This document shows, in pieces, positions 1 to 13,601 of a stretch of DNA of 64,000 bases. The position numbers and the translations under genes were made by a program. Source of the DNA: Magallana gigas (Eukaryota); the NCBI RefSeq assembly GCF_963853765.1, contig NC_088859.1:24738001-24802000 (forward strand). The letters are read 5' to 3'. How positions within the stretch are numbered: position 1 is the first letter of the stretch; each line of letters begins with the position of its first letter. A model generated the notes under the pieces. That model ran no database searches and had not been told where the DNA came from. It saw only the letters and a list, made by a program, of their open reading frames with translations.

Positions 1-792
1 CCTAAAAATTGTATGGAAATTATTTGCCATCTTGTAGTCAGTGATGTAGAAATCCCATTGTTGTCATTTCTAAGAAACGATATTAATTCCAAAGACGATA
101 TTGCACGCTAAAAATTAGACAAATCCGAATACTCAAAAAGTGACAAGACCGGTTGTGGTCTTTGAATTACTAATAAATACCAGTACTCCAGCGAACTCTA
201 ATTAATCGACAAGGGGATTTTCGTTTGATCTTTCATCCTTGGAAAAGGAGTATCAAGAAGTTAATATTTCGTTTTAATTGAAAATTGATTCTTTAATTTT
301 CTGGTTATCTTGTGTCCTTGGATTTTGCATACGATCATTTTGTGTAGAAGGAAAACAAGCAAGATACTAGTAACATCCATCGTTTTGGTGTCAAAGATAA
401 CCATGCATGTATAGTACTCGTCTACATGTGGCTTAGGTTTTAAGCCATAAATTAATTTTACCGTGAATTGAATATGTTTGAATTTCCAAGTGGGGGGGGG
501 GGGGGGGGGGGGCGCACCCCGAATCCCCTTTTCCAACTTCAGATCCACGCATGTTGTTATTGTAGTCCTATAAGCATTTGTTGGCGAATATCTGGTCAGA
601 CACTTTATATATACAATGTATTTAAAGTGATAAACATGTATACAAGTAAGAAAAAAAATGAATTGATGCGTATATCTTTCAAGAACATCTATTTCATACA
701 TCTTAGTCCGACTTTTCAAAATGACATTACAAGTAACAAGTGATTAGTTTGTTTTAAAAAAGAAACTATAATTGATGCAAAAAAAATCTCTT

Positions 793-798
793 TTTATT
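793..798 (-). terminator. Candidate polyadenylation signal of the lipase gene
   Basis: AATAAA on the minus strand about 220 nt after the stop; AT-rich context makes chance occurrence possible. Confidence 0.4.
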
Positions 799-1014
799 CA
801 CAATATGTGTATTAAAACAAAAAAAAAACAAATTATTTTTCGTATCCTGGAAAACATTTTAAAAGATATACATGTACATGATGACTACAGCGATTATACT
901 TACGTAATTACATACATTTAGCTATATGCACACTGTGGAATACAACACAGCACAAATTGTCAAAGACTATAAGATACATGTTCACGTATACAGACATTAC
1001 AAGTGATAGCTGTC

Positions 1015-1099
1015 TCAACAGTCTGGGGTGAACTGACGGTGATGGAGACCGGCGTGGTCGTCCGACGTCATTCTCAGAGCGTGCCCGCAGAAGTATACC
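1015..1099 (-). CDS. Lipase exon 9 (last coding exon)
   Basis: ctttcag|[31 protein letters not shown]; FC motif typical of the lipase C-terminus; AATAAA about 220 nt downstream. Confidence 0.88.
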
Positions 1100-1253
1100 C
1101 TGAAAGATTCATTGAAAGATGCCTAATTATTAAGATTAAATATCTGTTTTTGTCTCAATCTTATGATAACTCTTGATGCAAATTTGCCATCGTGGATGAG
1201 TCTTTACACAACATGACTATGCTATGGAGAATTCCTCAAATTAGAGTAAATCT

Positions 1254-1337
<84 letters not shown>

Positions 1338-4300
1338 GGAAAAGAATACTATAACATAACAAACAAATTATAATTACCCCTAAGAACTCCAATTAACATG
1401 CTTTTACCCAGTAGATGTAAAAATGCCTTCTCAACTGATCTTTAGTTTTTGTGCAAGGTACATGTAATAATATAGGCAGTTTTATGTGTTGCTGATGTTA
1501 GGGAATACAAACAGGTAATCATAAAAGATCTACCCCTGCACGAACAACTTTAGTGCAGTTAGAGTGATTTGCCCTTTGATGTTGACAGAATAAGCAGCAA
1601 CCTATATTGTGTGGTATTGTAATCAGTTCATGGATTTTGAAACTATTTGAGATATCATTATAGTAGTTAACCTTATTTTAAGCACACATTTCATCCTATT
1701 AGTAAGTATAATTCAGTATTCTGTTGTCTTTCAAGTTTTTTCTTTAAAGCTGCTTGGTCCGATTTTTTTGTTATTACAGTATCAAAATTTTTTCCATACA
1801 AACCATTTATCTTAGAAAGTTACGGACTTTCTCCTATTTACACGAGCAGAATCAGTCTCCTTTCAAAGTTGTTAGAAATATTCAAAGTAAATAAAAATAA
1901 TTATTTTTTGGGCAAACGAAAAAACAAACCGAAGTGCATCACGGGAATTCTTAGAAAAGGAAACCGTTTGGTTTCGTCCCCCGAATGCTTGGGGAATGAT
2001 TAGGGTATTCAACCCGCATGCTATTAATCGATTGCAAAGAAAGCAAACTTTAGAAATAATAGCGAACAAAACGTACACATGTTTATTTGTAATTTGTCTG
2101 ACTATTTGCATAAAATTTGATATAAAATCGGACCAAGCAGCTTTAAGAAAATGTCATGAAAGTAAAATATTTTTTTTTACCTCTAAAATGTTGTTATTTT
2201 AGACAAAAATATGAAAAACCACCTCTCCTTAACAATTTGAAATAATTTTCTGCAATGTAAATTAAATAAATATTCTATCTTTATTTCTAAAAAAAAAAGA
2301 ATTTTATTAAGGTCTTCCGTTTCTAACGGCATACCTTGTTTTTATTTTATTTTTTTCCCGTAAAAACTCATCCAGGCGATTTCTCAAAACTATTCAACCA
2401 ATTTCTTTTATTTTTTTCACAGAAGACATTAAATGGTTTAAATTTTAATGTTTTGATATTCAAGGACGTCACTACCGGTCAAGATCTATCGACGGTTTTT
2501 TAAGTGATTGAAATTTTGTTGATCACTGTTGAAGTAAAATTCATTTTGAGGTTTTACAACAGTTTGGTCCTTCAAATTTGAAATGTTAAATAATAAGGGA
2601 TCTTTACGATTTGATCTTGAAATTTTGGCATTACATAATTTTAAAACAAAAACTATTTTGTTAATCATCAAAGTGAAAAAGTCTTGCAGTATTTAATTCT
2701 AAACAATACGCTTCAAATTTGCTATAGCGACTCTCGTTTGGGAGTTAAATGGCTGGCCCTTAAAATAATTTTATTGATTGTCTCATTCATCTCAAGATTA
2801 AATAATATTTTGTTATGATTTGTACAAAAAAAAAATGATGCAAATACTGAAATTTTATCAATGATATCAAGATTTAGGGGCCAGCCCCTTAATTAAAGGA
2901 CCTATAGGGACCAAACGTCTTTTCAAAATATCTTTTAAAACTTTTGAGAATATGTTTAAAATTATTGAAACAAAATTGTTCATTTAGACATTTTACAACT
3001 TAGTGGCCATCAAAAAGTGACTACTAGTATCTTTTACGTAATAATGTATCTTAAGGCGCAGGAATTTTGAATCATTGACAACATATAATTCTTAAACAAA
3101 AAACATTTTGTAGATCATCAAAGTGAAAAAGTCGTGTAGAATTTCATTTTGAACATATCTTTAAAATTGTCATAGCGACCCATTTGGAAGATACGTAACT
3201 GGCTTTTAAAACTGATTGCCATACTTATCTCAAGACTAAGGAATGTTTTGTTATGACTCGTATAAAAAAGATGTTGCAGATACCGAAACCTTTTCAACTA
3301 CATTAAGAATTAGGAACCAGTCCCTAATGTTAGGGACATATAGGGGCCAAACGTCGTTTCTAAATATCTTTAAAATGATTGAGAATTCTAATATTACAGG
3401 TATGTTTTATATATTCATAGTTTATAAAGATCTTTTAATTCTTTGGGATTGTATCTCATCTTTACAAAATCGTACAGAAGACCGGTCGTTGCTCGCAACG
3501 AGATCGCATTTAGTTATCATTATATTCATTTCTTGTATGTGCTTCAAAGTTTTCATTGAAAAAGCTTCCGACAAGTTAGAGACATGCAGCTCGTTCCGTG
3601 AACAATGGACTTACGACTTGTCTGTGTCGGCCGCCGTAATGGTGACCCTCTCCACCACTACACCCTTGTCTTCACCCCAGGAGAAGAAGGATCTCTCCTC
3701 GTGGAACTCGAGTTGAGCTTGCTGAATGTCCCCGAGCTTAGCGAGTTCAACTAGCATCAAATCTCGGGTCTGCCCAGACGAAAATGGTCTCTGGATTCTT
3801 ATATAAAAAAAATCAAATAATACTAGTAATTGAAGATTTCTTAATCAATTCCCATCGCCCACTCCCAAATAAATAACTAGGGTAAATTAGGTAGTTTTTT
3901 TTTACCCGCTGAAGACAACTGAATCCGATAACCCACTGGAAGTAAGGAATTTCAGTTTCAAGGTCCCGTATGTTGGATGCGAAAATGTTCCAAACTTCAG
4001 CTGAACAAGGTACTGGTGACCTAAAAATACGCTTCCCTGATTAATTTTGACTATTTGATTTAGAGATTGTACAGAGTAATAAAAATTCTTTGACTAACGA
4101 TATTAGAAATGCATTACCACAAAATGGAGTGCCTGATCGTGTGGCTAGATAGAATTTCCCCCTGGCTCTGTATCGGATTGCATCGTAGCCAATCATAGGA
4201 CAGGGCAAGCCACCACAATTGAAGCAATTTCCCGCCATAAAATCACGTGTATTTGAGCACTGGAATGACCTAAATGCACAGGGGGAGTTGATGGATTCCG

Positions 4301-4908
4301 TGAAGAGGAAAATGGAACGACTGTGGCTGCAGCTTATGATATTGCCGGTCTCTACAAAGGCAGAAAGTAACAACTTGCAGCCAATGAAAATAAATAGTGT
4401 CAATTTAATGAAAATACGTGTTAATATTGAAACTTTGGGTCCAGTTATTAACAAAATTAAAAGAAAAAAAGTTTTGTTTGTATGAAAATCCTGTCTGCAT
4501 AATTAATGAGTCTGTTGGTCGTTTATGCATCGTACCGTAGGTCCCGTCCTCGTATTCCTCGGTTATGATATTCATAAAGCTTTGTCGCGGGCAGCCCGGC
4601 TGATTGCTCCCACCATTAGGGTAAAAATCCATGTGTCCCACGGGAAGCATCATCCCATATCCTATTGAAAGAAGACCACAGTATTTAATCGTCCGGTAAT
4701 TGCACTGATGTGTTTTGCGTAAATAAAAAAAAGAGGTTTGATTGACTTTGGATTCATTTCTAAACTACAAATAAATCGTTTCATGGGAGTCATTTAATAA
4801 ATAAAAATAACTAACGGGAAAACCAGAGCAAAAAAAAAAGGATTGCATTAATGTGTTAGGTAATCTTTGAGGAAGAAATAACAATAAATTTTGTATTGTA
4901 CATGTACC

Positions 4909-4998
<90 letters not shown>

Positions 4999-7900
4999 TT
5001 TTGACAGCTATTCCGTATGGAACAAATATCATTTGTTTTTAATGCCAATTTGATCTATAACATTTTCTTTTAGAAAATACGAGTTTGATGAAGTCAGTTA
5101 CTAACAAAGATGATCTTATTTTTTCTATTCGATGACTAGTTTAGATGTTTAACTGTTTGACAAAACACCATCATAAAAAAGTTATTTCGAGAGACTTGAA
5201 CAATAAAGATAAATGGATAAAATAGTAACCATGCGATAATCAGACAAAAAGGCAGAAAAAAAGATGCAACGAGGAAAAAATAAAATAAAACCTAAATTAG
5301 TGCATTCCCGTTAAAACGTCGAGTCCTCTCCCTGATCAAGTCAAAATGTGTTCTTAAATACTCCAGGGTAAAATGATATTGTTCACACAGAATGTGGGTG
5401 TTATCTTGAGATCGATTTTTGCGCTCTGTAGCGCTTTTTAAAACAAATCTTTAGTCATTACCGAGTGTTGAGCAAGATAACTTGAAATCTTTACCAATAT
5501 GATGAAATATAAATATCAAAGTCAAAAAATAACTTCTTTTTAAAATTAAAAACACGTGTTGTATCATTTGACCATTAACCTCGTTTAACCATCTGAAGAG
5601 AGACTTCAGGCACAATGATTTCTTTTGTCAATTTCTATGTCATGTTAAGGTGGTGTATGAGACACCTCGATATTGTATTGACGTACTTCTGGACAGAATA
5701 AATAATAAAATCATGTATAGTTTCATAATTTTTGTCTTTCCCGAAACTGCTACATGTACCTAACATCGTAGTACAATGGGTTAGAGTTTTACAACGGAGT
5801 CTGTAAGTCATGAGTTGGAATCCAGATGGGGCTTTTCATTATTTTTACCTTTCCAAAAAATATTTAAAACATATTTTTTAATTGGTCAACTATTGTTATA
5901 TCAAAAAATTCTAAACCAGTGAAAGTTTAAAAAAAAATTTTGATTTTGAATTGATTATTTTATCCACATTAAAATCAACAGGTGTCCAATATGAATTTTT
6001 AAAAGAGAAAAATACTAGTTACCCCAAATAATAATGGTTCTAAATTATAAATGCTTTATACAGGTGGTTTCAGAATGTCTCATCTGCTTTATCTTTAAAG
6101 CTCACAAACTACCATTCATATTGATTATACCGTGTATACCAGTATAATGTTCGAGGAAAGAGGTTCTCTACGATTCACGGAGAATTTAGAACCATTTTAA
6201 CAAGAGCTTGGACTTTGGGCAGTTGGAGTTAAACAGCAATGTGACGTAGAACTGTCTATTTCATTGAAAGCCACTCGGCCATTGCTCTTTGAAATCAACA
6301 AGATTTGTCTGGCTTTTGAGCTAAGACTACGCAATCGGTGAATATTTCGCTTGAAACCAGCGTCATTTTTAACTTGTTTTCACTCAAGAAATAGAAAGTA
6401 ACGTTCTACTGAAAGTCCAAGGTCTTGTTAAAATGGTTCTATTTCATTATTAAAGCTGAAAATTTAAATCGCCATTAGAATGATTTAATTATTGAGTGAG
6501 CATAATGAATCTTTGAATGAAAGATTTAAATCAGAACAAAAATGTAATGGCGTGAAAAATAAGAAAGATAACGAATATGGAAAATTATATTTTGCCCTCG
6601 GCTTTTTTATACTCTAACCAATGATTAGATAATTAATAGTTGAATTTATAATGAAATACGACTTCATGATAAGAATAGCTTAACTTTTAAAGCAAGCAAA
6701 TACTATAATGGTGAGAATCTAGCATTTTTGGTTTGATTTATTTTGTTTCAACATTAAATATTAGATATCGTACAAGAATTCTTTCATTATTATGAAAAGC
6801 TAGGCACCAGCCTACGCAACGCAAACAATCCAAAGTTTGGACTTTTGATTTCCGATCGCTTCCGATGATATTAAAGTTGGTTATGTAATTCAGGCGGCAT
6901 ATGGATATCAATTTTATCATTTTTTTTTCCTGATCGCGCTCTCAAGACAAAGCACAAGTAGTCTGCCTAAGAACAGCAGACTTTGTTTTGAATTGGTTTA
7001 TGTTTTGTATACATTGGAAACGACATCAATTTATCATGATCACAAAAAGATGGAGAAGATAGATGAAATCGTTCAACCAGCTGCAGATGCATTTCATTTT
7101 GTAAATAGAAGAATCGAAAAAAAAGGGATTTTTTTAAATCTTAAAATTAAATTTGAAGGGAAATTTCAAAAGCCAACAATTCTAGTACTAATTTTCCGAT
7201 CAGGGGGAATAATCATATGCTAGACTAAATATTTTCTGGATCCACGCATAAAGCTTGACGTACATCTAAGCGTTGCCTACACGACTAACGGCGTGTAACG
7301 CCGAACGATGAGTAAACTGATCACTGAATATTTAGATCAGGTGGGTGCATGGCAATTGTTAATGAATCATGCATTACAGGCGAACGAATATAAATGATAA
7401 AAATGTCACCACTTCGAAGGTTGTTGTTCATTTGCCTTACTTTAACGAGTTGAAAATTACATTAATATTACCTCAGCAATTTGAAAATGTTCATTATAAA
7501 GAGTGTTAATATTTTTTAGGATAAGCCACGAATATTAGCATCCCGGTGTCTCACACATTAGTCGTGTGCTTTCACCTTTATGTGACCTCCGTAAAATTCT
7601 GATATGTAAAGTGCACGTATTGTGGAACCTACGTGTAGCATTTTGATTTTGACTTCAGCTTACAAGATGGTAGAAGTGAATTATGTAAGACCGGTCACTT
7701 ATTACCAGAGATGGACTTGTAGTACACAAATCTCCCGGGGCCTTTCAGGAAACAGTAGCACACCCAGCTGCAGACTTTTTAGCGATCCCACCAACGGCAA
7801 AGAGAAAGAGGAACAGTGCTCTCTTCAATATATATGGTGGGGGATAAAATGCATAACTTCAGCTTAAACCTTTGTTTGCCCGCTATATAACAAAGTAGTT

Positions 7901-10900
7901 CAAGTCCATTCGCTTATTACAGAGATAAACATTAGAAAACCAGGAATGAAATGGTCTGTTACTGTATAAATTCGACTGGTACATGTGTATCACTCAAGAC
8001 TAGGTAAAATCTTTTAAGCTGGAAATGACCAAACTCTCTATAGAGCCATCAAGACATGTCAAAACTTTATAATCTCAGGTGCAACTGAAATCATTGGGCA
8101 GCAGTTTAGCTACGGATACCCCCGAAGTACAATACTAGTATTCATCTCGACCTTGGGAAGTATAATTATATTCTCTTCAAGGGTAGATACATTTATATCA
8201 CCATATCGAACTTAAAAACACAAACACATGTAATTATTTAATATACCTACATATGTAAGTAAGGTTTTTATTCTGTAGTGACCAAAATTCTTTTTTGTGT
8301 GTTAATATAATTTTATATTTCAAAGAAATCAATACAATGAAAAAGACTTTTCGGCTACCATTTCGTCATCCACATTTTACAATTTATCCAAAGATATAGC
8401 GACATTTCTATTCTGAGGCTCATGGTACATGTTTATAGTTATTATCCGAGGGCTCAAAATATGTCAAATTAATACATTATTTTGTTTATCAAATTGTCTC
8501 AAAACGAAAGCTGTCAGTTGTTACTCACTTAAAATTACATTTTCAGCCTCGCCACCATGGCAATGATTGATTTTTAAATGTTTCGTTACATATTTTAAAC
8601 AATTATATTGCGTTCACATTTTTGGCTCATTAGCCCTGATTAAAATGACTCAAATACTAATTGTTATCATAGGTCCGTTATATTAACTGGGGAGGCACAA
8701 ACTATTGGTATGCATGTTATTGTGATTGGAAGAGTTAAGTATTGATGAAATACAACTCAAACATAAATTATACGCTCTCACCTAAATCAATGTTTAACAT
8801 TAATATTTGCATTCTTAGTCTGTGTATTAAAAATTGAAAAGGCCTAAAAGTCTGTCATTATGGGCAAATGATCTCGACTGGAGGTGACTATAGTTTAAAA
8901 CTTCGCTTAAGCTTGTTAAAAAATATTAACAGTTCACATTCCTAGATGTCTAGATTTGTGCTAAAATCAAATTTTCTTAAATTCCAGCTAAAATAAAATA
9001 TACCAAAATGGCTGAAGTTGAAGGCTTATGATATAATTGTATAGTGATGAAGATGGTTACTGATTTAAATGGGGGAGCGTCTGTGAAAATTTGGATTACC
9101 TGGGTTTTGTTATCAATTAGGTACGTGTATTTGAATGGAAACATTTTTTTGTAGCAATTGTATCTTTGTATCAAAGTTAAACATTTTGAAACGAACCTGA
9201 AATTGTGTCGTAATCAGAGCCATCAGTGTGGATAGCGTCCACGAAAACAGCATCACCCTGGTCCAACCGTACCTGGTCATCGAAATTCTGATAATTTGGT
9301 TGAGCCGGATCAAGCCCTGAATAACAGGATATTGTAAATATACGTAGTGTTTGTTCATCAGGGTAAATAAATCTCGAGGAAGAATTCAAAAATATTGATT
9401 ACCAGTGATACGACCCAATCCCGGAAGTCGCGACCCTGCGTATCCTGCAACGTGCGCACCTAAGCTGTGACCAATCAGATGATACTGAGAGTTAGTGGTT
9501 CCAAGCACGCGGTTTAGAGAAGAGACAAGGACGGCGATTTCTGCCCCGACCACACGGGTGTTAGCCGTTGCCTGATTGTATGGAAAGCCAGATCCATTGC
9601 CCCAGTCCACCAATATCACATTCTGTGGTTTCTGATATGAGAATGTTGCGATGGCAAATTATAAATCAGTTTAGTGGGTTTAGTGTATGATTATTCCCCC
9701 TGATCGGTAAATTAGTGCTAGCGTGCAAAAAATTTGATGGCTGTATAAACCAAACAAAGCGTCAATTTTTTTTTCTCATCTGGTAGAAATCAAATTAAAA
9801 AGTTGCTCTGGGGGAGTTCATCGTAGGTTTTTCAATATGAGCATGAATAAATAATTTTTTATGGACATGATCAGTTTTATTGGTACTGCAATCTTACTCG
9901 TTTTAGCATCTCCATAGCCATGTGTACCATCCAATCAACTCGACCATTCTGTAGAAAACCATGGCTGATGATGACCGTGTCCAGTTCCGGCCGGAAGTTG
10001 GTTCTGCGTGAGCTGTTTAAGTCGTCCTCAGAAAGGGTGGTGGGGGTTCGCTGGTGGAAGTCAGTGAACAGGTAGAACTGCGTGTTTATGAACGAGGGGC
10101 TCATGGGAAGCACGTCGGTGTTGTTAAATGGGGGGTCGATCGAGAAGCACCCAAGTCTGACATAGCACGCCGTGTTCCTTCGATGCCTTTCAGCCTGGGC
10201 AACTGTATAATATCATAATAGAGTACGATATTGCATTCAAGACGATACAAATATAAAACTGGGTAAATTGTACCAAGGCTAAAGAGTTTAACAAACGGTG
10301 CATACGATGTTCATCCCTGGAAAATGTACTCTCAAATAAGATACATGTTTAGTATAAGCGGCATATCATTGGTTGCATATATACATGACTTGTATTGTTC
10401 TGAGCTAAATGTTCTACTTGTATTTTAAATGACAGCCTGTTCTATTGATATTCCTACATAAAGTAATTTTTTGCCACTAAGAATATGATGTGATGAATAA
10501 TACACTAAGCAATGCAAGATAAACACTAGGCTCATGGGCCACATCACTTACCTGAACAACAGTTCCCTATATCGTTAAATTTCGAAATTTTTTAACACTA
10601 AACTCTTCAAAATTGTGATTCATGTACATGTAATTATTTTCCAAGATTTGACAATAAAATTTTGACACATTAAACGGACATGGTTACGATTTTGGTCACC
10701 CCCTTTTTTAACTTATATGTTGAGCTTAAAGCCAACTAAGAGCCAAGTTAGGAAGTCACAGGTTAAACAATCCAAAATTTACACTATCTGACGATTTTTG
10801 CGTAGTAATGTCACACTTTATACATGAATATTTGAATTTTGATCTTTGAACCCCCCCGTCTGGGGGTCACGGTTTTAACAATTTAGATTCTACACTGTCT

Positions 10901-13569
10901 TAAGGAGCTTAACGCTTGCAAAGTAATCTCACAATTTGTAACTTCTTTGTACATCTTGAAAAGAAGAGTTCTGTGTTAAACTTTGAATCCCTCCTTGAGC
11001 CCCAGCTGTTGTCCGGGAGTCACAATTCAAAAAAATATTAGAATCTACACTATCTTAGGGCGCTCGCTAGTAATTTTACAAATTGTAGCATTGTAGTTCT
11101 GAAGAATATTTTTTAAAAACATTTTCCGTATAAATTTCTATGTTAATGGTTGAACTCCTCTTGGGGCCACGGTATTGATCCTGGGGTCACGATTTTAACA
11201 ATGTAGAATCTACACTATCTTCAGATGAAGATTTTAAAACATTTTCGCTTTGTAGTTCTTGAGGAGAATATTCTTAAACAGTTTTCCTATATATATCTAA
11301 GTTAAACTTTGAACCCTTTTTGGGGCCCCAGTATTGGTTAGGGGTCACAATTTTAACAAGTTAGAATTTTCACTATAAATACAAACTTTGGTGTAAATAT
11401 TGGCATTACTGGTGCAGTGGTTCTCGATTAGAAGATCTTTTAAGACACCCACCCTCTTCACTGTTTCACAATTATATCCCTTTTTAAAAGGGTTAGGTCC
11501 TTTATTTTTAAAATTCAGAATCCCCTAACCATGTATAAGGATGCTTTGTACAAAGTTTGGTTAAATTTGACCCAGTGGTTCTAGAGGAAAAGTAAAAAAT
11601 ATGAAAAGTTTACATGTACAGGCAGACGGACGGGACTGTCGACGGACAACAGGCGATCAGAAGAGCTCACTTAAAACTTTGGTTCAGGAGAGCTAAAAGG
11701 CAAAATTTCTAGTTGAATCAAACTCTAATTTACGAGGGTAAATATCGGCAAATATTCCAGTCGAAGAATCTAAATCGGTATTCAAAAGGGTCAAAAGTCA
11801 TTAAGATATATACATGTACATAGATTTTCGATATATTTACCGAAATTCGCTGATTATCTCTAAATCTATGGGGAATGTTACGAAATCCTTTATGCAGTAC
11901 TTGATTGGGTTCGCTGTTTTGACCGCAGTACTGGGACATTGTAGATGTATTCCAATACACAGCTCGATCAGAATTCACTTAGAAAGTTTACTGTTTAGAG
12001 CTCCTGATATCATACTTAATGTTAATCACCGTAAGTCCTTAAATAAATCAACCCAAAATATGAGGAATTGTAATGAATCATATTATTAAAATATCTTTTA
12101 TTAAAGATGTCAAAGTATATTTATACCGTCCTGATACCAGTATCATGAATATTTTTACTCTCTCTCTCCTAGCTTGCATCCTTGTAATATATGGTCCGAT
12201 ACTCGATCGTTAATGCCGCTAAAAACATTTGAAGCTTGATTTTTATTATATTATAAAAAGAATTAAGGTTTCGTTACTATCAAAGCCAAATGAGCTCTGT
12301 TTCGTAAGTTTTAAAATAAATTAATCGTGAATACACGAGTTACTTTCGCGATATAACGCCTACGGTATACGTTCGCGAATAAACGCATAACTTTTGCGAA
12401 TAAACGCGAAAATATCGCAAATGGACTTTCGTTCGTTATCGCCTCGGGCAAAGGAATTATCATGATAATTTTTCTCAAACCTCTTCCAGACTTCAAAGGC
12501 ACAATACTTTGATTTTTGTAAGATTCCGATCAAATTAAAGGACCGGTTTCCATGGTCACGTACTTGCTCGGAATGTACAGCTTATTCGACAACTAGCCAC
12601 TTATTCTGCCTTGGCTTTCGATCATAATCAACACTTCATGCCATACTACCGATACTGTTCGCTTTTTAAGCCAATGAGGTTATAATCAAGGTAATCAAAA
12701 CATGAATGCCAACTTATTGACGTCATTTAAGCAAACCTTCTTTATGTAAATATTTCCCAATTTGATGTATTTATAGCCAACATATATAAGCATCATGTAA
12801 TTAATTAAATAATAGTAACATCATCTGGTTTTGCTATTATATTTCTCCAATAGTTTTCGTTGTCAATGAGATGATTGTTGGCGTTTTTAAAGTAAACATT
12901 ATCGCAACAGCGCTTATTGGACGTACCGGTACAGGATCGACTGAGAACGACAATATCCCCTACGGTTTCGCCTTACGACGGTTTCAAATTCTTTAATTAC
13001 AGAACACGATGTGAAATTATAAAAGAACGCAACGAATCATAACTTTTCTTTCTTTGTTTTAAATCTATTTTGTTTTCTCTTATACCGTTCATCGTTATTT
13101 CTTTCTTAAAACGTATTTTGCGATCCACTAAAAATTAGACTCACTCGTCGAGAAATACATATATACTCTACCTAGTGCAAGCAGTTTCACATTCATCATT
13201 TAAAAAGTTGTGTACCAGAAATCTACAATTTAGTAAAAATTACGAAACATACTATATTTAAACAGTGATCATATTTTTAGTTAATAGTTAAGATGAATAC
13301 GTATGACATCTTGAAAATTTTCTAAGTTTAATTAGTAATGCATGCTAAAGGTCACCTAAAAATTCACGGTAAAACTTAATTTAAAAAAAAAAACAACAAC
13401 ATATAATTCACGTTTTGACACATTTTGTAAAGTTGAAATTGCATTCTTCTAAATCAAGTAGGATTGGATATACATATCAAATGCAAAACGTGTAATCTGA
13501 CAGTCAAATATATTTTCACTTACCTACGGCATAAAGAATTAAACCAAGAAATAGGCTAACGGGCGCCAT
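1015..13569 (-). CDS. Pancreatic triacylglycerol lipase family protein (PNLIP/PNLIPRP-like), 9 coding exons, 480 aa, secreted
   Basis: Manual splicing on the minus strand with GT-AG introns and consistent phases: 13524-13569, 9898-10202, 9403-9631, 9197-9316, 4536-4661, 4118-4351, 3906-4020, 3615-3797, 1015-1099 (1443 nt including TGA). Signal peptide [19 protein letters not shown]; oxyanion HGF; nucleophile GHSLG; acid GLDPA; VDAIHTD; DFYPNGG; lid C...C then catalytic His in CSHSRS; C-terminal PLAT-like beta domain. The paralogue cannot be assigned. Confidence 0.95.
1251..1335. repeat. (TC)n microsatellite
   Basis: Direct reading. Confidence 0.95.
1744..2146. mobile_element. TTAA-flanked MITE (Kolobok-like), internally deleted copy
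   Basis: TTAA|AGCTGCTTGGTCCGATTTT ... AAAATCGGACCAAGCAGCT|TTAA; second copy at 22896-23515. Confidence 0.85.
2303..3515 (+). mobile_element. Helentron-like non-autonomous element with two diverged internal repeats of about 450 bp
   Basis: Starts TTTATTAAGGTCTTCCGTTTC, ends GAAGACC-GGTCGTTGCTCGCAACGAGATCG..TAGTT (subterminal IR plus 3' hairpin); ATCATCAAAGTGAAAAAGTC recurs near 2664 and 3114. Confidence 0.6.
3615..3797 (-). CDS. Lipase exon 8 (PLAT domain)
   Basis: tataag|[63 protein letters not shown]|gtaagt. Confidence 0.9.
3906..4020 (-). CDS. Lipase exon 7 (PLAT domain start)
   Basis: tttttag|[40 protein letters not shown]|gtaaaa; phases match both neighbouring exons. Confidence 0.9.
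4118..4351 (-). CDS. Lipase exon 6 (catalytic His)
   Basis: tttgtag|[32 protein letters not shown]...[15 protein letters not shown]|gtaatg. Confidence 0.95.
4536..4661 (-). CDS. Lipase exon 5 (DFYPNGG, lid start)
   Basis: ttcaatag|[43 protein letters not shown]|gtacga. Confidence 0.95.
4913..4995. repeat. (GA)n microsatellite
   Basis: Direct reading. Confidence 0.97.
5645..5995. mobile_element. Degenerate TTAA-type (Kolobok-like) MITE
   Basis: TTAA-GGTGGTGTATGAGACACCTC start; only a decayed AGGTGTCC counterpart near 5980. Confidence 0.35.
6187..6441. mobile_element. TA-flanked MITE with TIRs of about 30 bp
   Basis: TAGAACCATTTTAACAAGAGCTTGGACTTT ... AAAGTCCAAGGTCTTGTTAAAATGGTTCTA; decayed partial relative at about 18560-18650. 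Confidence 0.8.
9197..9316 (-). CDS. Lipase exon 4 (catalytic Asp, LDPA)
   Basis: attcag|[41 protein letters not shown]|gttcgt. Confidence 0.96.
9403..9631 (-). CDS. Lipase exon 3 (catalytic Ser, GHSLG)
   Basis: atatcag|[31 protein letters not shown]...[27 protein letters not shown]|gtaatc. Confidence 0.96.
9898..10202 (-). CDS. Lipase exon 2
   Basis: tatacag|TT GCC...; [25 protein letters not shown]...[24 protein letters not shown]|gtaaga. Confidence 0.93.
10522..11698 (-). mobile_element. Old, diverged Helentron-like element with about 4 degenerate satellite-like units of 160-170 bp
   Basis: Ends GGGCCACATCACTTACCTG and GAGCTCACTT...AGCTAAAA resemble the younger copies; GACG microsatellite; repeated GGGGTCAC...AGAATCTACACTATCT blocks. 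Confidence 0.7.
13524..13569 (-). CDS. Lipase exon 1 (signal peptide)
   Basis: ATG GCG CCC GTT AGC CTA TTT CTT GGT TTA ATT CTT TAT GCC GTA G|GTAAGT; hydrophobic, and its phase-1 donor matches the phase-1 acceptor at 10202. Confidence 0.85.
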
Positions 13570-13601
13570 TGCTGGTTTGTGTTTAATGGATTCTGCAAAA
13601 G

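Noticed and set aside
261-743. Overlapping ORFs with poly-Pro/poly-Gly
   Set aside because: Produced by a G homopolymer in a MITE-end fragment; intron-like composition
3243-3716. 157-aa plus-strand ORF
   Set aside because: Runs from repeat-derived sequence into the antisense of lipase exon 8; no coherent protein
7622-7867. GC-richer patch with an 81-aa ORF in lipase intron 4
   Set aside because: No recognisable motif in any frame, no convincing splice sites, other frames short
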